This document shows positions 62,533 through 64,000 of a stretch of 64,000 nucleotides of DNA, piece after piece. The translations under genes were made by a program, and so were the position numbers. Numbering within the stretch: the stretch's first letter is position 1; every line of letters begins with the position of its first letter. The notes below the pieces were generated by a model. It did no database searches. It was not told the DNA's origin and was given only the letters and a program-made list of their open reading frames with translations. The DNA is taken from positions 50,158,001 to 50,222,000 of the forward strand of contig CM068745.1 of assembly GCA_035084275.1 (NCBI GenBank). Reading direction: 5' to 3'. Source of the stretch: Hydrolagus colliei. Its lineage: Eukaryota.

Positions 62533-64000
62533 TTAAGAATTGTAGGACAAACCTATTATAAATCTATGGCATTGGATTCAAACAAGGAGACCTTGTATTA
62601 TAATGGATCTATAAAGAAAAATGGCTGGCTGCCCCGATTCTGGATTATTGGGTTTGCCCTGGCATCATTTACTGAGTGTTACACAGAGCATAGTAAACAT
62701 GTGTTAGTAAACCTGTGGTATAAGTGAACTATTAATCAACCTTTACACATTTCAACTGGGTCTCGCTGTACCACAAATTAGACACAATTATCATTTTGCG
62801 TCAATATTTGTGGGACTAAAAGCCTCAGAACCATCCATTTAATCTAACACTCAGCAATTGTAAAACGATTTATGAACCCTGAACACAGAATAGCCACATA
62901 TATCTGACACATGACTCTATCCTTACTGGTAGAGTGAGGTTCTTAAATCCATGGCCTCAAAGAACAAAGAACATTTTTAAATAGTTCAGGTTAGATGTGT
63001 GAACCAAAATCTGGCAAATTGCCCGAAATTACGGATTGTTTTGGCATGATTTTATGCATTTCAGAAAGGATTTAATTAATAACAGGAATGTTTTGAACAT
63101 TCTGTGTTACCTGGGTTTGTTAAAAACTGCACTATTTTGCTTCCATTAATAAAATGCTGTCTAAGTCATGGTATGACTTATGTTTGTATTTCACAGTCAC
63201 AGTGTGCTTGCACATGTACATTGTTCTCACATTTGACCTGACACTTCATTTATTCTTAGGCCTAGTCTTAATAATTTTAGATTACATTTAGTCTCAATAT
63301 GGAAAAACATTTTTTAAAGGAAAGTAGAAAAACGGCATCCAAATTAATACAGAATTTAATATTTTTGATACATTTCTGCTCAATGTTAAATCTTAAGAAA
63401 AATGATCTTTTAGACTAAAACAAGGTGAAACTTTAATGTTTGCAAATTGATTTGGCACAGTCGCATCCCATTGGGGTTGCAAATATAATATTCATAAACT
63501 ATATGCTGCTGCATGAGTCATAACTTTAGGTTTGCATTCATAACTCGGTTGTCCTTTTGGTTGAAAAGTCCCCCAAAAGGTCAGAAGGAAAAACAACATA
63601 CACACAATGGACTTTATTTGGGTATAATTTGGGTTCCAAATGATGCATTTTAAACCTCAATGTTTCTATTGGAATATAGTATTTGTATGAAGTAAGTCAG
63701 GCTGTCATAACATATTTCCATCAGTGTGTCACTGCATTGAACTCTGTTGAAGCTGTGGTCTCTAATTATTATTCAGGCAGAATTTAATCCGGATGCCTGC
63801 CTTGTTGCATTTTGAAGTGAATTTGTGGGGATCTAAGAAAATCGTCTGACCAAAACATGGATACAACTAACTTGAGTTTCTGTAAATCCATGAGGGTTTG
63901 TTGTGCAAAATAATAATTCAGTTCTCATCCGCAGCTTATCTCACTTAGGTTTGAACTATATTACTGAATTACTACAAAGCTTTTTCTGGGACTGGGGAAG

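Overview
This is vertebrate genomic DNA, not prokaryotic. The repeat repertoire (CR1, L2, Deu-domain tRNA-SINEs, Penelope-like remnants) points to a cartilaginous fish, probably a holocephalan/elephant-shark type; that assignment is inference. The 64 kb window holds one real protein-coding gene, Sprouty 2 (SPRY2), on the + strand. It has a single coding exon (CDS 29041-30015), a probable non-coding exon 1 ending at 25229, a CpG/G-tract-rich promoter and intron, and a 3' UTR with 8mer sites for miR-21, miR-27 and miR-23. The rest is gene desert with decayed retroelements and several clusters of ETS, TCF, CArG and AP-1 motifs that look like signal-responsive enhancers. I see no convincing novel multi-gene system. 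The best leads are a 33-codon uORF overlapping the SPRY2 start, a 63-bp hairpin related to a decayed Penelope-type hammerhead motif, an ORF1-only CR1 derivative, covarying LINE/SINE 3' stem-loops, a ~1 kb element with long inverted ends upstream of the promoter, and a G4-prone minisatellite in intron 1. Repeat boundaries and family names were judged by eye and are approximate.
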